Part shown: one piece after another, positions 17,384 to 26,741 of the stretch | Layout of the letters: each line of letters opens with the position of its first letter | Numbering within the stretch: position 1 is the stretch's first letter | Source of the DNA: a bacterium | GTDB lineage: Archaea > Aenigmatarchaeota > Aenigmatarchaeia > CG10238-14 > SCSR01 | DNA length: 64,000 nucleotides | Assembly (NCBI GenBank): GCA_027310405.1 | Contig: DAIDAX010000001.1 | Coordinates: 7,580 to 71,579, forward strand | Direction: 5' to 3' | Notes under the pieces: model-generated | Seen by the model: only the letters and a program-made list of their open reading frames with translations | Databases searched by the model: none | What the model was told of the DNA's origin: nothing | Made by a program: the position numbers and the translations under genes

Positions 17384-18679
17384 TTATCGTTTCTTCATTT
17401 TCTTCTTCTGCTTTAGTTGTCTGAGTGGCCAGTTCACAGGATTTTTTATTCCCTGTGCATGCAAATCATTACAGAGTTCATACAGTCCGAGAGACTTGTA
17501 GAAATTTTCATTATCACAATTAGGTGGAAGTAGAGTACGTTCTTGCTGACCGAAATGCCACCGTAGCTGAGCGCGTATATAGTTTGAGCGAAGTGGTGGA
17601 TAATTTTTTTCATTCCACTCCGTAACTTTCTTTTCAACATCTTCGTCAGACCAATTCATGCTACGCAAAAAATTAATCAAAATAAAAACAGAACGTTTTC
17701 TGCCTTCTGTCATTCCCTGCAAAATTTTTTTTATACATGGCGGAAATAATTCTTCAGGAACTGCTTTGAATTTTCTAACTGTTACCGGTTTGGGAATTTC
17801 TGGCTTAACTTCGACAATGTATTTGCTTGCCCAATCTAATGCTTCGATAACAAGCGGTTCAGCATCGTGGGATGAAATTTTTTGTTGTAAGAAACTTTCT
17901 TCAACTTTGACTTTCTCTGACTGTGCATGTTCTTTTTCAAATCTATCTAGATTCTGAGGTTTCAGTGGAACACTGACAAGCAAAGTTTTTTCGTGAAGAC
18001 TGTACGGCATTCTGAACAAGTGTCTGGAAGAGAAAAGATCGAAAGATACAACCTTGAATGGGAGTAGTCCTTGTTCATTCGTGATTTCCGCAATTGGTTT
18101 GTTTATCCTCTGGGAAATTTCTTGCAAAGAGCCAAAAGAAAGTAAATCTTCTTTCAATTGGTCTTTGATGTACCATTTTAGAAACTCGATTATTCTATGG
18201 AGTAAATCTGGATATTGTAGTGATGTTAGTTGCAAATTTATTTTTTCCGGCATTGATTCGAATGGAATTCCAATGTGAAAACTTTTTCCGCCCGAAAATT
18301 TTAATGAAAAACTATTCACTCCAAAATCCTTGAACACTTCTAAGATTCGCTTGACTGTGATTTTTGCAATTTCAAAATCAGCCACATCAGGATCGATAAA
18401 AATGTCCCAACCTTGTCTCATGTTGTCCAACTCTGCTTTTGACTGACCTGCAGTAAGTTTCATTGGTTGGTTCCAGCGTTCTACAGAACAGTGAAAAGAA
18501 ACAGCGCCATTTGTAACTTCTTGTGCAACATCTCCTATGTACTGCAGAACGTTTGGTCTTTTTCCAAACTGTCCATCTTTGTAGACTGAAACGATTTCTC
18601 GATTTTTTCCAAAATTAATCAAGAATTTCTGTACAGATTCCCGAGAATACCAGTTCCAGATTTTTTGTTCTGTTTGCAT
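17384..18679 (-). CDS. priS: DNA primase, fused small catalytic subunit (PriS) with PriL C-terminal Fe-S domain
   Basis: The N-terminal half carries PriS motifs (DIFIDPD acidic motif, SGGKSFHIGIPF similar to SGxRGYHxH). The C-terminal region has PPCIKKILQGM...GRKRSVFILINFL resembling the PriL/p58C PPC(M/I)..L helix-Fe-S domain, with additional Cys (NCDNENF, ELCNDL). Confidence 0.7.
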   Translation of the reverse strand: MQTEQKIWNWYSRESVQKFLINFGKNREIVSVYKDGQFGKRPNVLQYIGDVAQEVTNGAVSFHCSVERWNQPMKLTAGQSKAELDNMRQGWDIFIDPDVADFEIAKITVKRILEVFKDFGVNSFSLKFSGGKSFHIGIPFESMPEKINLQLTSLQYPDLLHRIIEFLKWYIKDQLKEDLLSFGSLQEISQRINKPIAEITNEQGLLPFKVVSFDLFSSRHLFRMPYSLHEKTLLVSVPLKPQNLDRFEKEHAQSEKVKVEESFLQQKISSHDAEPLVIEALDWASKYIVEVKPEIPKPVTVRKFKAVPEELFPPCIKKILQGMTEGRKRSVFILINFLRSMNWSDEDVEKKVTEWNEKNYPPLRSNYIRAQLRWHFGQQERTLLPPNCDNENFYKSLGLYELCNDLHAQGIKNPVNWPLRQLKQKKKMKKR

Positions 18680-18745
18680 CGAATCTCATGAGAGCTAATT
18701 GAGGCCCTCAACAGTTAATTGAAAGAAAGAGTTTAAATTGCTTCT

Positions 18746-20149
18746 TCACACGTGTTTCCACTTCACACCCTTAGGAGTGTCTTCCAAAACAATTCTGTAT
18801 TTTTCCAAAAGCTGTTCGCGTATCTTGTCTGCAGTTTCAAAGTCTCCAGACTTTCTTGCTTTTTCTCTTTGTGCAATTAATTTTTTTACAACGGGAGAAA
18901 TTTTTTCTTTCTTAACTTTACTCAAGTTCAACCCCAAAACCTTATCGATTGTCAACAAAAATTCTCGGACATTTTTTGCATCGCTTCTGTTGATTTCTCT
19001 TTTATCAATTAAGCGGTTTATTTCATTCATGAGTTCGAAAATTTCTGCAAGTGCCTCGTTTATCTTCAAATCATCATCCAGCTTGTCTTCGAATTTCATT
19101 AATGAGTGTTTGATTAGCATTTCAACGTCGCGATTATGTTTTCCGGATTTTACATCACCGAGTCTTTGGATGAAATCATGAATTTTTTCGACTGCGTTTT
19201 TCGCCGATTGAAGTGCAAGATAAGTAAAATTCAATTGCTGCTTGTAATGTGTTGACAGTAACAAATATCGAATTGCAATTGGATCGTAATCTTTTTCCAA
19301 AAGTTCGTGCACAGTTATGAAGTTTCCTAATGATTTTGACATTTTCCTGCCTTCGACAAGCAAATGTTCACCATGAATCCAATATGTTACAAAAGGTTTT
19401 CCAGTAGCTGCTTCACTTTGTGCAATTTCATTTTCATGGTGTGGGAACATCAAATCTATTCCGCCAGTATGAATGTCAAAACTTTCTCCCAGGTATTTCA
19501 TCGACATTGCAGAACATTCCAAATGCCAGCCAGGTCTGCCTCGTCCAATTCCTACATCCCAAAAAACTTCTCCATCGTTTTCGTCCCAAAATTTCCACAG
19601 TGCAAAATCTTGCGCTTGCTCTTTTTCGTATAAATCTGAACGAATACGTGCACCTGGTTTCAGTTCAGAAAGTTTCAGCTTAGAAAGTTTTCCGTAATCT
19701 TTGAACTTTGAAATGTCAAAATAAATTCCATCCTCAGTTTCGTATGCAAATTTTTTCTGCAAAAGTTTTTTTACGAGTGCTACCATTTCTTTGATGTGCT
19801 TTGTTGCAGGTACTAGCACTTCTGGATTTTCAATGTTCAGAGCTTTTGCATCTTCAAGAAATAAGTCTGTATACTTTTGTGTAAATTTTTGAAGTGGTAC
19901 TCCTTCATTTTGTGATCCTTTAATTGTTTTGTCATCAACATCAGTCAGATTCATTACTTGTTTCACTTTGAATCCTTTGAACTTCAACCATCTGCGCAAC
20001 AAATCTTGCCAGATGTATGTTCGAAAATTTCCAATATGTGCATAATCGTAAACAGTCGGCCCGCACGTGTACATTCTAACTTCCCTGTCTTTCAATGGCT
20101 GAAAAATTTCTTTTTTCCTAGACATTGTGTTGAAAATTTTAAATGTCAT
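18746..20149 (-). CDS. cysS: cysteinyl-tRNA synthetase
   Basis: [20 protein letters not shown] is the HIGH region, and KMSKSLGN is present; 467 aa. Confidence 0.9.
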   Translation of the reverse strand: MTFKIFNTMSRKKEIFQPLKDREVRMYTCGPTVYDYAHIGNFRTYIWQDLLRRWLKFKGFKVKQVMNLTDVDDKTIKGSQNEGVPLQKFTQKYTDLFLEDAKALNIENPEVLVPATKHIKEMVALVKKLLQKKFAYETEDGIYFDISKFKDYGKLSKLKLSELKPGARIRSDLYEKEQAQDFALWKFWDENDGEVFWDVGIGRGRPGWHLECSAMSMKYLGESFDIHTGGIDLMFPHHENEIAQSEAATGKPFVTYWIHGEHLLVEGRKMSKSLGNFITVHELLEKDYDPIAIRYLLLSTHYKQQLNFTYLALQSAKNAVEKIHDFIQRLGDVKSGKHNRDVEMLIKHSLMKFEDKLDDDLKINEALAEIFELMNEINRLIDKREINRSDAKNVREFLLTIDKVLGLNLSKVKKEKISPVVKKLIAQREKARKSGDFETADKIREQLLEKYRIVLEDTPKGVKWKHV

Positions 20150-20153
20150 CTAA

Positions 20154-20672
20154 TCACTTTGAATTTTTTACAACTTTATAATGCAACTGAATTAAATTTT
20201 TAGAAATATTTTTTACATCAAGTAACTGTAATTTTGTTTCAAAATTTTCATCAGCAAACAATTTTATTCCTTTTCCAAAAAACATGGGTTCGATGTCAAA
20301 ATAAATTTCATCAACAAGATTCTTTTTCATAAAACTACTATTGAGTCTGCTACCTCCTCCGACAAGGGCTTCATTGAAATGTTTTGCTTTTATTTTTTCC
20401 AATGCTTCTTCGGGAGACTTCACAAAAATCGTGTTCGAACTTTCCGTGTTTTCTGGATGTTCTGTTACGACAATAGTGAACGGATTTCCTATTTCTTCAA
20501 AAGTGTTGTCTTCTTTCATTAGTTCATAAGTTCGGTGGCCTAGGATTATGTTTCCAATTTTTTTGACCATTTCACTATAATTCGCCCATTCTTCGTCAGA
20601 CCACGGTGTTTCATCATTCTCTTTTGCTATGTAACCGTTTACTGTCATTGCCATTTGAAGAACAACTTTCAT
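20154..20672 (-). CDS. dihydrofolate reductase-like / RibD C-terminal domain protein
   Basis: LQMAMTVNGYIA...ILGHRTYE...ALVGGGSRLNSSF matches the DHFR-fold RibD_C pattern. Confidence 0.6.
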   Translation of the reverse strand: MKVVLQMAMTVNGYIAKENDETPWSDEEWANYSEMVKKIGNIILGHRTYELMKEDNTFEEIGNPFTIVVTEHPENTESSNTIFVKSPEEALEKIKAKHFNEALVGGGSRLNSSFMKKNLVDEIYFDIEPMFFGKGIKLFADENFETKLQLLDVKNISKNLIQLHYKVVKNSK

Positions 20673-21161
20673 TTATCTAAACCTCGGAATCCATCTTGGA
20701 ACTCTCTCTGTATAATTTACATAAGCTTTACCAAATTTCTTTGTTAACTCCTTCTCTTCTCTGTCGGCTTGAAAGTGCATGACTGGGATGAAAGCGAAAA
20801 AGAAAATCGACATGAACCAAGATCCGAAAAAAGTTGCGATTGCAAGAAAAGTTCCCGCGAATCCTAAATAAATTGGATGTCTAATTTTACTGTAAACACC
20901 ACGCGTTACAATTTTTTTGCTGTACAATTCGGGATGCAGTTTACTTTTTCCTGTGACAAGAAGTTCGCATGTTCCAAAAAAAATCAGAAGAACCGATGGA
21001 ATGAAAATTACAAAGCTGAAAACTGGACTAATGTAGAATGCAGTCAAATTAAAAATGCTGTCTAGTGTTCTCGCGATGCTTATTGGTACAATCCAACCCA
21101 GCAAAAGTACAAATGCAAAAAATTTCAGCATGAAAAAATTGATTTTACGTTTCGTCGCCAT
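20673..21161 (-). CDS. isoprenylcysteine carboxyl methyltransferase family membrane protein
   Basis: It has 4 TM segments and GVYSKIRHPIYLGF, the ICMT/PEMT RHPxY signature. Confidence 0.6.
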   Translation of the reverse strand: MATKRKINFFMLKFFAFVLLLGWIVPISIARTLDSIFNLTAFYISPVFSFVIFIPSVLLIFFGTCELLVTGKSKLHPELYSKKIVTRGVYSKIRHPIYLGFAGTFLAIATFFGSWFMSIFFFAFIPVMHFQADREEKELTKKFGKAYVNYTERVPRWIPRFR

Positions 21162-21183
21162 TATACATCACAAAAAATTTGAG

Positions 21184-21258
21184 AGCTCGGGATGGGATTT
21201 GGACCCACACAAAACCGCTCTGCAGGCGGTCCCATTAACCGGATTCTGGCACCCGAGC
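21184..21258 (-). tRNA. tRNA-Cys (GCA)
   Basis: Minus-strand reading gives a perfect 7-bp acceptor GCTCGGG/CCCGAGC, U73 discriminator (the Cys identity element), anticodon arm ACCGC-CTGCAGA-GCGGT and T-arm GTGGG-TCCAAAT-CCCAT. The D-arm is weak (3 bp) and the T-loop has C55. Confidence 0.5.
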
Positions 21259-21379
21259 ATGAATTTAGAATAAGTTTTTCGAGAAGTTAAGCTACACAAA
21301 AGAATTAGTTTGTCAACAGCAAAAGCGACCACTCATTGTTCGCACCTAGAATTAGTTTAAATCCGCAGTATAAAAGATT

Positions 21380-21775
21380 TTATTGTACCAACTCTTCTGC
21401 TAAAGATTTTACATAATCATATCCGACTTTTGTAAAACCATATTTAACTAATGGGGCTCGTCCTTCTTCCTTCCGTTCAATTATCCCATAGAAAATCAAT
21501 TCAGTCAATCTGCTTCCAAGTATGTAATCACGTTTCCTGCTTACGATTCTTCGTACTCTTCCTGGAGATGCAACTTCTTTGATATCTGGTAAATGCAGCA
21601 AATCCGTCAAATTGAATCTTCCGTCCAATTCATAGTGTCCAATTAAAAATTTTGCAAAGTTAGTTAGGACTCCATGTGGAAGTTTTATTGTTTCTGCCAT
21701 TGTTAACGAATCTAAGTTAAAATGTAAAAAATTTAAGTTTTCTTTAGTTCGAGAACCTTTATTGTTTTTCCACAT
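21380..21775 (-). CDS. hypothetical protein (alternative start at 21700)
   Basis: A 106-131 aa ORF with no recognised family. Confidence 0.35.
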   Translation of the reverse strand: MWKNNKGSRTKENLNFLHFNLDSLTMAETIKLPHGVLTNFAKFLIGHYELDGRFNLTDLLHLPDIKEVASPGRVRRIVSRKRDYILGSRLTELIFYGIIERKEEGRAPLVKYGFTKVGYDYVKSLAEELVQ

Positions 21776-22014
21776 TTGCTGCAGTTGAATTCCGGTCTGT
21801 CCAATTTTCTCTTTGGTTTTCCGGAAGCAGTCACTCCCCTATTCATCTGGACTGTTTTGATTTCGTAAAAACCACAATGAGAACAGACATATTCGACTTC
21901 TGCGTCTTTTCCAGGAAGTTTACCGACAACAAGTTCTGGCCTGTTCGTGAAGAATTCAAAATTACTGGGACGCAAATTTTGCCCCATCCACTTTTTAATC
22001 AATTTACTTTCCAT
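21733..22014 (-). CDS. zinc-ribbon protein (two CxxC pairs)
   Basis: YVCSHCG...NCSKCGK form two CxxC pairs; 93 aa. It could be a translation or transcription zinc-ribbon factor, but the Cys spacing does not match aIF2-beta well. Confidence 0.35.
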   Translation of the reverse strand: MESKLIKKWMGQNLRPSNFEFFTNRPELVVGKLPGKDAEVEYVCSHCGFYEIKTVQMNRGVTASGKPKRKLDRPEFNCSKCGKTIKVLELKKT

Positions 22015-22026
22015 AACTATCTCGAA

Positions 22027-22200
22027 CTACGCCAACGGCCTCTTCTTCGGACGCAATGCACGCGATCCACACTTTCTACATTTAACTTTTCCCAGTTTTA
22101 CTTTCGCAGGATCAGCACGCATCTTCGATTTGCAAAGTCTGCAGACATAAACTCTGTAATAAATTCTTGCCATCGCTTCAGGGAAAGTTTTCTTTACCAT
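22027..22200 (-). CDS. rpl40e: 50S ribosomal protein L40e
   Basis: FPEAMARIYYRVYVCRLCKSKMRADPAKVKLGKVKCRKCGSRALRPKKRP matches L40e. The start is chosen at the internal Met of the longer track ORF (22027-22308). Confidence 0.7.
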   Translation of the reverse strand: MVKKTFPEAMARIYYRVYVCRLCKSKMRADPAKVKLGKVKCRKCGSRALRPKKRPLA

Positions 22201-22253
22201 AGCATAAAGTTTGGAAATCCAATGTTTAAATATTCGACTCGACACTTTTTTTC

Positions 22254-22844
22254 TTGACACAAATGTTAAAATCTGAAATACGAATTCTCGGATTCGACGA
22301 CGGACCATTTTCGGGAAGGAGAGGAAAAGTTCCAGTAATCGGCGTTATTTATCGTGGTGGAAATTTTCTCGACGGAATTTTAAGAACCGATGTGAAAGTT
22401 GATGGGCTCGATGCGACAGAAAAATTGATTCACATAATCAACAACAGCAGACACAAAAAAGAATTGAAAATAATTATGACTGATGGACTAACTCTCGGCG
22501 GATTCAATTTAATCGACGTGAAAAATTTACACAAGTCAACCGGTCTGCCAGTAATTGTAGTTAATCGAAAACATCCAAACCTGAAAGAAGTTCGAACTGC
22601 ACTGAAAAATAATTTTAAAGATTTCAACAAACGATGGAAGATTATTAAAAATGCAGGAGAAATTAAAGAGATGCAGCTCAAAAACGGAACGAAAGTTTTC
22701 TACCAGAATATTGGAATTTCAGACGAAGATGCTGAAGATGCGATTGCGATTTCCTGCACTCATGGACAAATTCCAGAAGCTTTGCGAGTGGCTCACTTGA
22801 TTGTAACTGCGATTGTGAAAGGTGAAAGTTTCGGAAGAGCATAA
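22254..22844 (+). CDS. UPF0215/DUF99 family protein
   Basis: The N-terminal IRILGFDDGPF matches the conserved start of DUF99 proteins; 196 aa. Confidence 0.5.
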   Translation: MTQMLKSEIRILGFDDGPFSGRRGKVPVIGVIYRGGNFLDGILRTDVKVDGLDATEKLIHIINNSRHKKELKIIMTDGLTLGGFNLIDVKNLHKSTGLPVIVVNRKHPNLKEVRTALKNNFKDFNKRWKIIKNAGEIKEMQLKNGTKVFYQNIGISDEDAEDAIAISCTHGQIPEALRVAHLIVTAIVKGESFGRA

Positions 22845-22845
22845 G

Positions 22846-23235
22846 TCACAGATATTTTTTTGTCAGTGCTAGATAATCTTTAGCTATCTGTTCACTTTGC
22901 AGGTGAAACAAATATAATGATAATCCGTTTCTACGCTTTATTTCTTCAACGACAACAATACCAGCCACTCTGAGAGAAAGAGATGCTCCAGGATCAACAG
23001 CGTTGCGCAGCTGTGTGTAAGAAAGTTTTAGTTTTTTAAACAGTTCGCCTGATCTTACTGGATTAGACTCATAATTTTTATTTCTCTTCAAAGCTGTTAC
23101 AATTTTTATTTTGTTTGATAATCCGGCAGTGGAAATTGATCTTTTAATCATTGATTTTTCTAGTCTTACGCCAAAAAGATTTTCATATTCTTTTATGAAT
23201 TCATCGTAAGCCTCTGCATCTTTCATAAAAACCAA
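22846..23235 (-). CDS. hypothetical protein, possible HTH regulator
   Basis: A 129-aa ORF, weakly HTH-like. Confidence 0.3.
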   Translation of the reverse strand: MVFMKDAEAYDEFIKEYENLFGVRLEKSMIKRSISTAGLSNKIKIVTALKRNKNYESNPVRSGELFKKLKLSYTQLRNAVDPGASLSLRVAGIVVVEEIKRRNGLSLYLFHLQSEQIAKDYLALTKKYL

Positions 23236-23279
23236 TCGGTCACTTAAAGTTTAAATTTAATCGGTTTGAACTTACATAA

Positions 23280-23903
23280 ATGAGTTTTAGAGAACAGTGG
23301 GGCAGACTGACATCCGGAACTCTTGGCTACATTATCTATGCGGTTCTCGGAATTTTTGCAGCGTATCTTTTCTATTTCGGCTCTGGATTTATTCTGCATA
23401 CCGATTTACCTTTTGTTGCAGTCGTTAGCGGTTCAATGGATCACGGAATAAATGATGCAGGCATACCATGTGTGCAAGTCTCGAACTACACAGAAAGTTT
23501 TGACAACTGGTGGCAATTGTGTGGATTTTATTATGAAGAATTTGGAATAAACAAAACAACTTTTGAAAATTTTCCATTCAGTAATGGTTTCAAGATTGGA
23601 GACATGCCAATCATTGAGGGCAGTAGTTCGTACAAGATTGGAGATGTAATTGTCTATACACCAGTAGATTGTAGTACTGGTATGATAGCTGAAAATGGAA
23701 CTCCTATAATTCATCGCATAATAAAAATTAATCCGGACGGCACTTATCAGACTAAAGGAGATCACAACTCAGGTCAAAACAACAAAGAACCAGCTAACTA
23801 TGAAGAATGCATTAAACCAAGCCAGATACACGGAAAAGTAATCTTTATATTGCCCAAAGTTGCTTATTTGAAGGTTATACTCAACAAACTGTTCGGAGTG
23901 TAA
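23280..23903 (+). CDS. signal peptidase I (archaeal Sec11/S26B type)
   Basis: It has an N-terminal TM, VVSGSMDHG (SGSM catalytic Ser box), then GDVIVY and IHRII boxes. Confidence 0.65.
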   Translation: MSFREQWGRLTSGTLGYIIYAVLGIFAAYLFYFGSGFILHTDLPFVAVVSGSMDHGINDAGIPCVQVSNYTESFDNWWQLCGFYYEEFGINKTTFENFPFSNGFKIGDMPIIEGSSSYKIGDVIVYTPVDCSTGMIAENGTPIIHRIIKINPDGTYQTKGDHNSGQNNKEPANYEECIKPSQIHGKVIFILPKVAYLKVILNKLFGV

Positions 23904-23909
23904 AACAAA

Positions 23910-24242
23910 ATGAAATTCTGCGAAAAAGACGGAAACTTGCTCGTTGTAAAACAGAAGAAGAGCGGACGCACTGTTCTTGTCTGCAGAAAATGCGGGCGAG
24001 AGTACAAACAGAGCGGAGAGAAGCTCATTCTTTCTGAAACTATGCACGAACCGAAAAAAGGAATAGTTGTTATGGGCAAAGATGAAATGAGTTCTGAACT
24101 TCCGTCAACGAAAATTGTTTGTCCTAATTGCGAGAACGATGAAGCTTTCTGGTGGATGCAACAAACTCGAACTGCCGACGAGCCTCCAACACTTTTCTAC
24201 AGATGCAAGAAATGCGGATATAGCTGGAGAAGTTACGGATAA
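23910..24242 (+). CDS. tfs: transcription factor S / RNA polymerase subunit M (TFIIS-type zinc ribbon)
   Basis: The C-terminal CPNCENDEAFWWMQQTRTADEPPTLFYRCKKCGYSWRSY is the TFIIS zinc ribbon (QTRSADEP). Confidence 0.8.
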   Translation: MKFCEKDGNLLVVKQKKSGRTVLVCRKCGREYKQSGEKLILSETMHEPKKGIVVMGKDEMSSELPSTKIVCPNCENDEAFWWMQQTRTADEPPTLFYRCKKCGYSWRSYG

Positions 24243-24278
24243 AGAAGAAAGTAAGTTTTCATCAATGAAAGAAGAAAA

Positions 24279-24869
24279 TCATTCTGAAATTTTTTCAAGT
24301 TTTTCAAGCGCATCTAATTCGCTTGGAGAAAGATTTGGAAAATATTCAATAAATTTTCCATTAGTTTCAGTTCTAACCATGTCTCTGAGTTCTGACATGT
24401 AGTAAGATAAAGTTGGCTGATTTCTTACAAAAAATTTCAGTTTAGTTAAAAGTTGTTCAACAGAAAGACCTTCTGGATGCGCTCGAAGTTTCCGAATAAT
24501 CTCCCATCTAACTCGAGAACCTGCTTCGTAAGCTTCCAAACCTTCAACTGACTGGAGTAATTTCAATAAATTGTTTGTGGGTGAACTGTTAAAATATTCT
24601 CTGGCAATTTTTCCTCGCTGTGTCAAACCATAATAAGATCTTGTAGCTGATCCATCATCAGGAACTTCCCAACGACGAAAATTTTTAACTAAATCAGCAT
24701 GAAGAAGAGGTCTAGCATCTCTAGCTATACCATAAATCTTAATTCCAGTAGTTCTTGAAATTTCTGCCATTGGTGTTGGTATGTCAGTGTAAAGCGCCAA
24801 GAAAATACTTCTTGATGTTTCTCTAGCCAACGCAGTTGCTACCAATGGTAATCTATCTTCCAATCCCAT
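24279..24869 (-). CDS. hypothetical protein, possible winged-helix regulator
   Basis: 196 aa; no firm family. Confidence 0.3.
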   Translation of the reverse strand: MGLEDRLPLVATALARETSRSIFLALYTDIPTPMAEISRTTGIKIYGIARDARPLLHADLVKNFRRWEVPDDGSATRSYYGLTQRGKIAREYFNSSPTNNLLKLLQSVEGLEAYEAGSRVRWEIIRKLRAHPEGLSVEQLLTKLKFFVRNQPTLSYYMSELRDMVRTETNGKFIEYFPNLSPSELDALEKLEKISE

Positions 24870-24973
24870 ATTGATTATTAATTGGATAGAAAATTATTTA
24901 AAAAAATTTGGCGGCTTACCGAATATAATCCTAATAAAATATTTATTTATATCTAAAATTTGGAATTAACAAC

Positions 24974-25264
24974 ATGCCAACTCGTTATATTCCAAAGAAA
25001 ATTTCTGAGATTAAAAAAACAGATTCTACCATTTCTTTGGTTGGTAAAATAGTACAAATTTCGGAAAATGAATTTGTTTTACAAGATGAAACTGGAAGAA
25101 TTGGAATTTTTTCTGAAGAAAAAGTTGGAGAGGGAAAAATTGTCCGAGTTTTTTGTTCGACTGTTGACGGCAACTTGAAAGCCGATACAATTCAAAGCTT
25201 AAATGGTTTTGATGTAAACCTATATAATAAAGTCAAGGAACTTTATAGCAAGGCTGGATTGTAA
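24974..25264 (+). CDS. small OB-fold-like protein upstream of PCNA
   Basis: 96 aa; beta-rich (ISLVGKIVQISENEFVLQDETGRIGIF). The stop abuts the PCNA start. Confidence 0.35.
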   Translation: MPTRYIPKKISEIKKTDSTISLVGKIVQISENEFVLQDETGRIGIFSEEKVGEGKIVRVFCSTVDGNLKADTIQSLNGFDVNLYNKVKELYSKAGL

Positions 25265-26020
25265 ATGTTTAAAGCAACAATTTCAAATGTTGGTCTTCTT
25301 ACAGATTCTATCTCGACTATCGCTGAACTTATTGATGAAGGAATTTTCAAAATTGCAAAAGATGAAATTACTTTGTCAGCAGCAGATCGTGCGATGGTTG
25401 CTGTTGTAAAATTCAATTTGTCTGCAAAAGCTTTTGACGAGTACGAACTTGAAAAGGAAAGGGAAATTGGCTTGAACATTCCGGGGTTTCTTTCGGTTTT
25501 GAAACGTGCGACTTCACAAGATAAAGTCAGTCTAAACCTAGCTGAAAATAAATTACAAGTTGACATTCGTGGGAAAAGCAAGAGAAAATTTGTCGTACCG
25601 CTAATCGAATTAACGAGAGAAGAAATTCCGGACATCGAACAGCTGGAAAAAAATTTCACAACGAAAGTTCAACTCGCTCCAGAAATTTTGCAAAACGGAA
25701 TTGAAGACGCAGAAATAATTTCCGATTCGGTAATTTTTCAAGCAGAGCCGAAAAAATTCTTGATGAAGGCAGAAGGCGACGTGAGCAAAACGGAACTTGA
25801 ACTGGAAAGCGGAGATTCGGCACTGATTTCGCTTAATGCGGATGCGGAAGTCAAATCTCGTTATCCGATAGATTATCTTAAAAAAATGTTGAAGGCCGCA
25901 AGAATCGCTGACTCTGTTTCAATCGCGTTTGGACAAGATTATCCGATGAAAATTTCTTTTGTTGCAGGAGACAAAGCGAGCTTGGAATTTGTTCTTGCTC
26001 CGCGTGTATCTGAAGATTAA
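25265..26020 (+). CDS. pcn: DNA polymerase sliding clamp PCNA
   Basis: 251 aa with typical archaeal PCNA pattern throughout (MFKATISNVGLL...LAPRVSED). Confidence 0.85.
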   Translation: MFKATISNVGLLTDSISTIAELIDEGIFKIAKDEITLSAADRAMVAVVKFNLSAKAFDEYELEKEREIGLNIPGFLSVLKRATSQDKVSLNLAENKLQVDIRGKSKRKFVVPLIELTREEIPDIEQLEKNFTTKVQLAPEILQNGIEDAEIISDSVIFQAEPKKFLMKAEGDVSKTELELESGDSALISLNADAEVKSRYPIDYLKKMLKAARIADSVSIAFGQDYPMKISFVAGDKASLEFVLAPRVSED

Positions 26021-26050
26021 TTGCCTACTTAAATTTTACTAAATTATTAA

Positions 26051-26515
26051 TTGATTATGTCAGATGAATCTATTCACGAACTTGCTGTAAAATTATACGA
26101 GGCCCAAATGGTCTTGGATTCAAATGTTCGTGCTGCAAAATGGAAAATGCGTGGAATGGGAATTGGGAAAGAAGAATCCATGCTTGCATCAATGCGACTG
26201 ATTGAAGAAAGCGGCGAGAAAATTCATGAATTTTTGAGTGACGACGGGAAGGTAGATTATTCGAAAATTCCTCCCGAAGAAAGAGATCCATATAAACAGC
26301 ACCGAACACTAGCAAGAGAACTTGGATGTGCTCTATTTGCCAATTACGATTCTCTGAGTGTAACGGATCAATACATCACACTATCGGAAACTCCGGAAAC
26401 AAAATTCAGATTTTCAATTGGACTTGTTATAGAAGGGAAGACCAACCCAAGAATGGAAGCTTACATTGATCAAAACGGAAAATTTGTATCTGCAAAACTA
26501 AAAGAGTACAAGTAA
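26051..26515 (+). CDS. hypothetical protein (154 aa)
   Basis: No recognised family. Confidence 0.35.
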   Translation: MIMSDESIHELAVKLYEAQMVLDSNVRAAKWKMRGMGIGKEESMLASMRLIEESGEKIHEFLSDDGKVDYSKIPPEERDPYKQHRTLARELGCALFANYDSLSVTDQYITLSETPETKFRFSIGLVIEGKTNPRMEAYIDQNGKFVSAKLKEYK

Positions 26516-26741
26516 AAATAAGAAAGGGACGAAAGTTTAATTTTGTTGCATCACCTCCATCCAGTCGAAGTCCAAATATGTGAGTTATGTAGACTTTTTG
26601 GAATGTGGGTGAATAGAAAGTTCATACTCGGACCAAAAATATTTTTAGCATAGATGTATACACTGCTTGTGAAAATTGAATCTAGAACAAAGTTCCATAG
26701 AAAGTTAAACTTTAATTTGCAAAAACTCAACAGTTGATTGA

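Noticed and set aside
21185-21258. Plus-strand reading of the tRNA-Cys locus, with GGG-ATTTGGA-CCC as a D-arm
   Set aside because: It gives only 1 nt between acceptor and D-stem, extra unpaired nucleotides before the anticodon stem, C33, no T-arm, and loses the U73 Cys discriminator. The minus-strand reading is more coherent despite C55.
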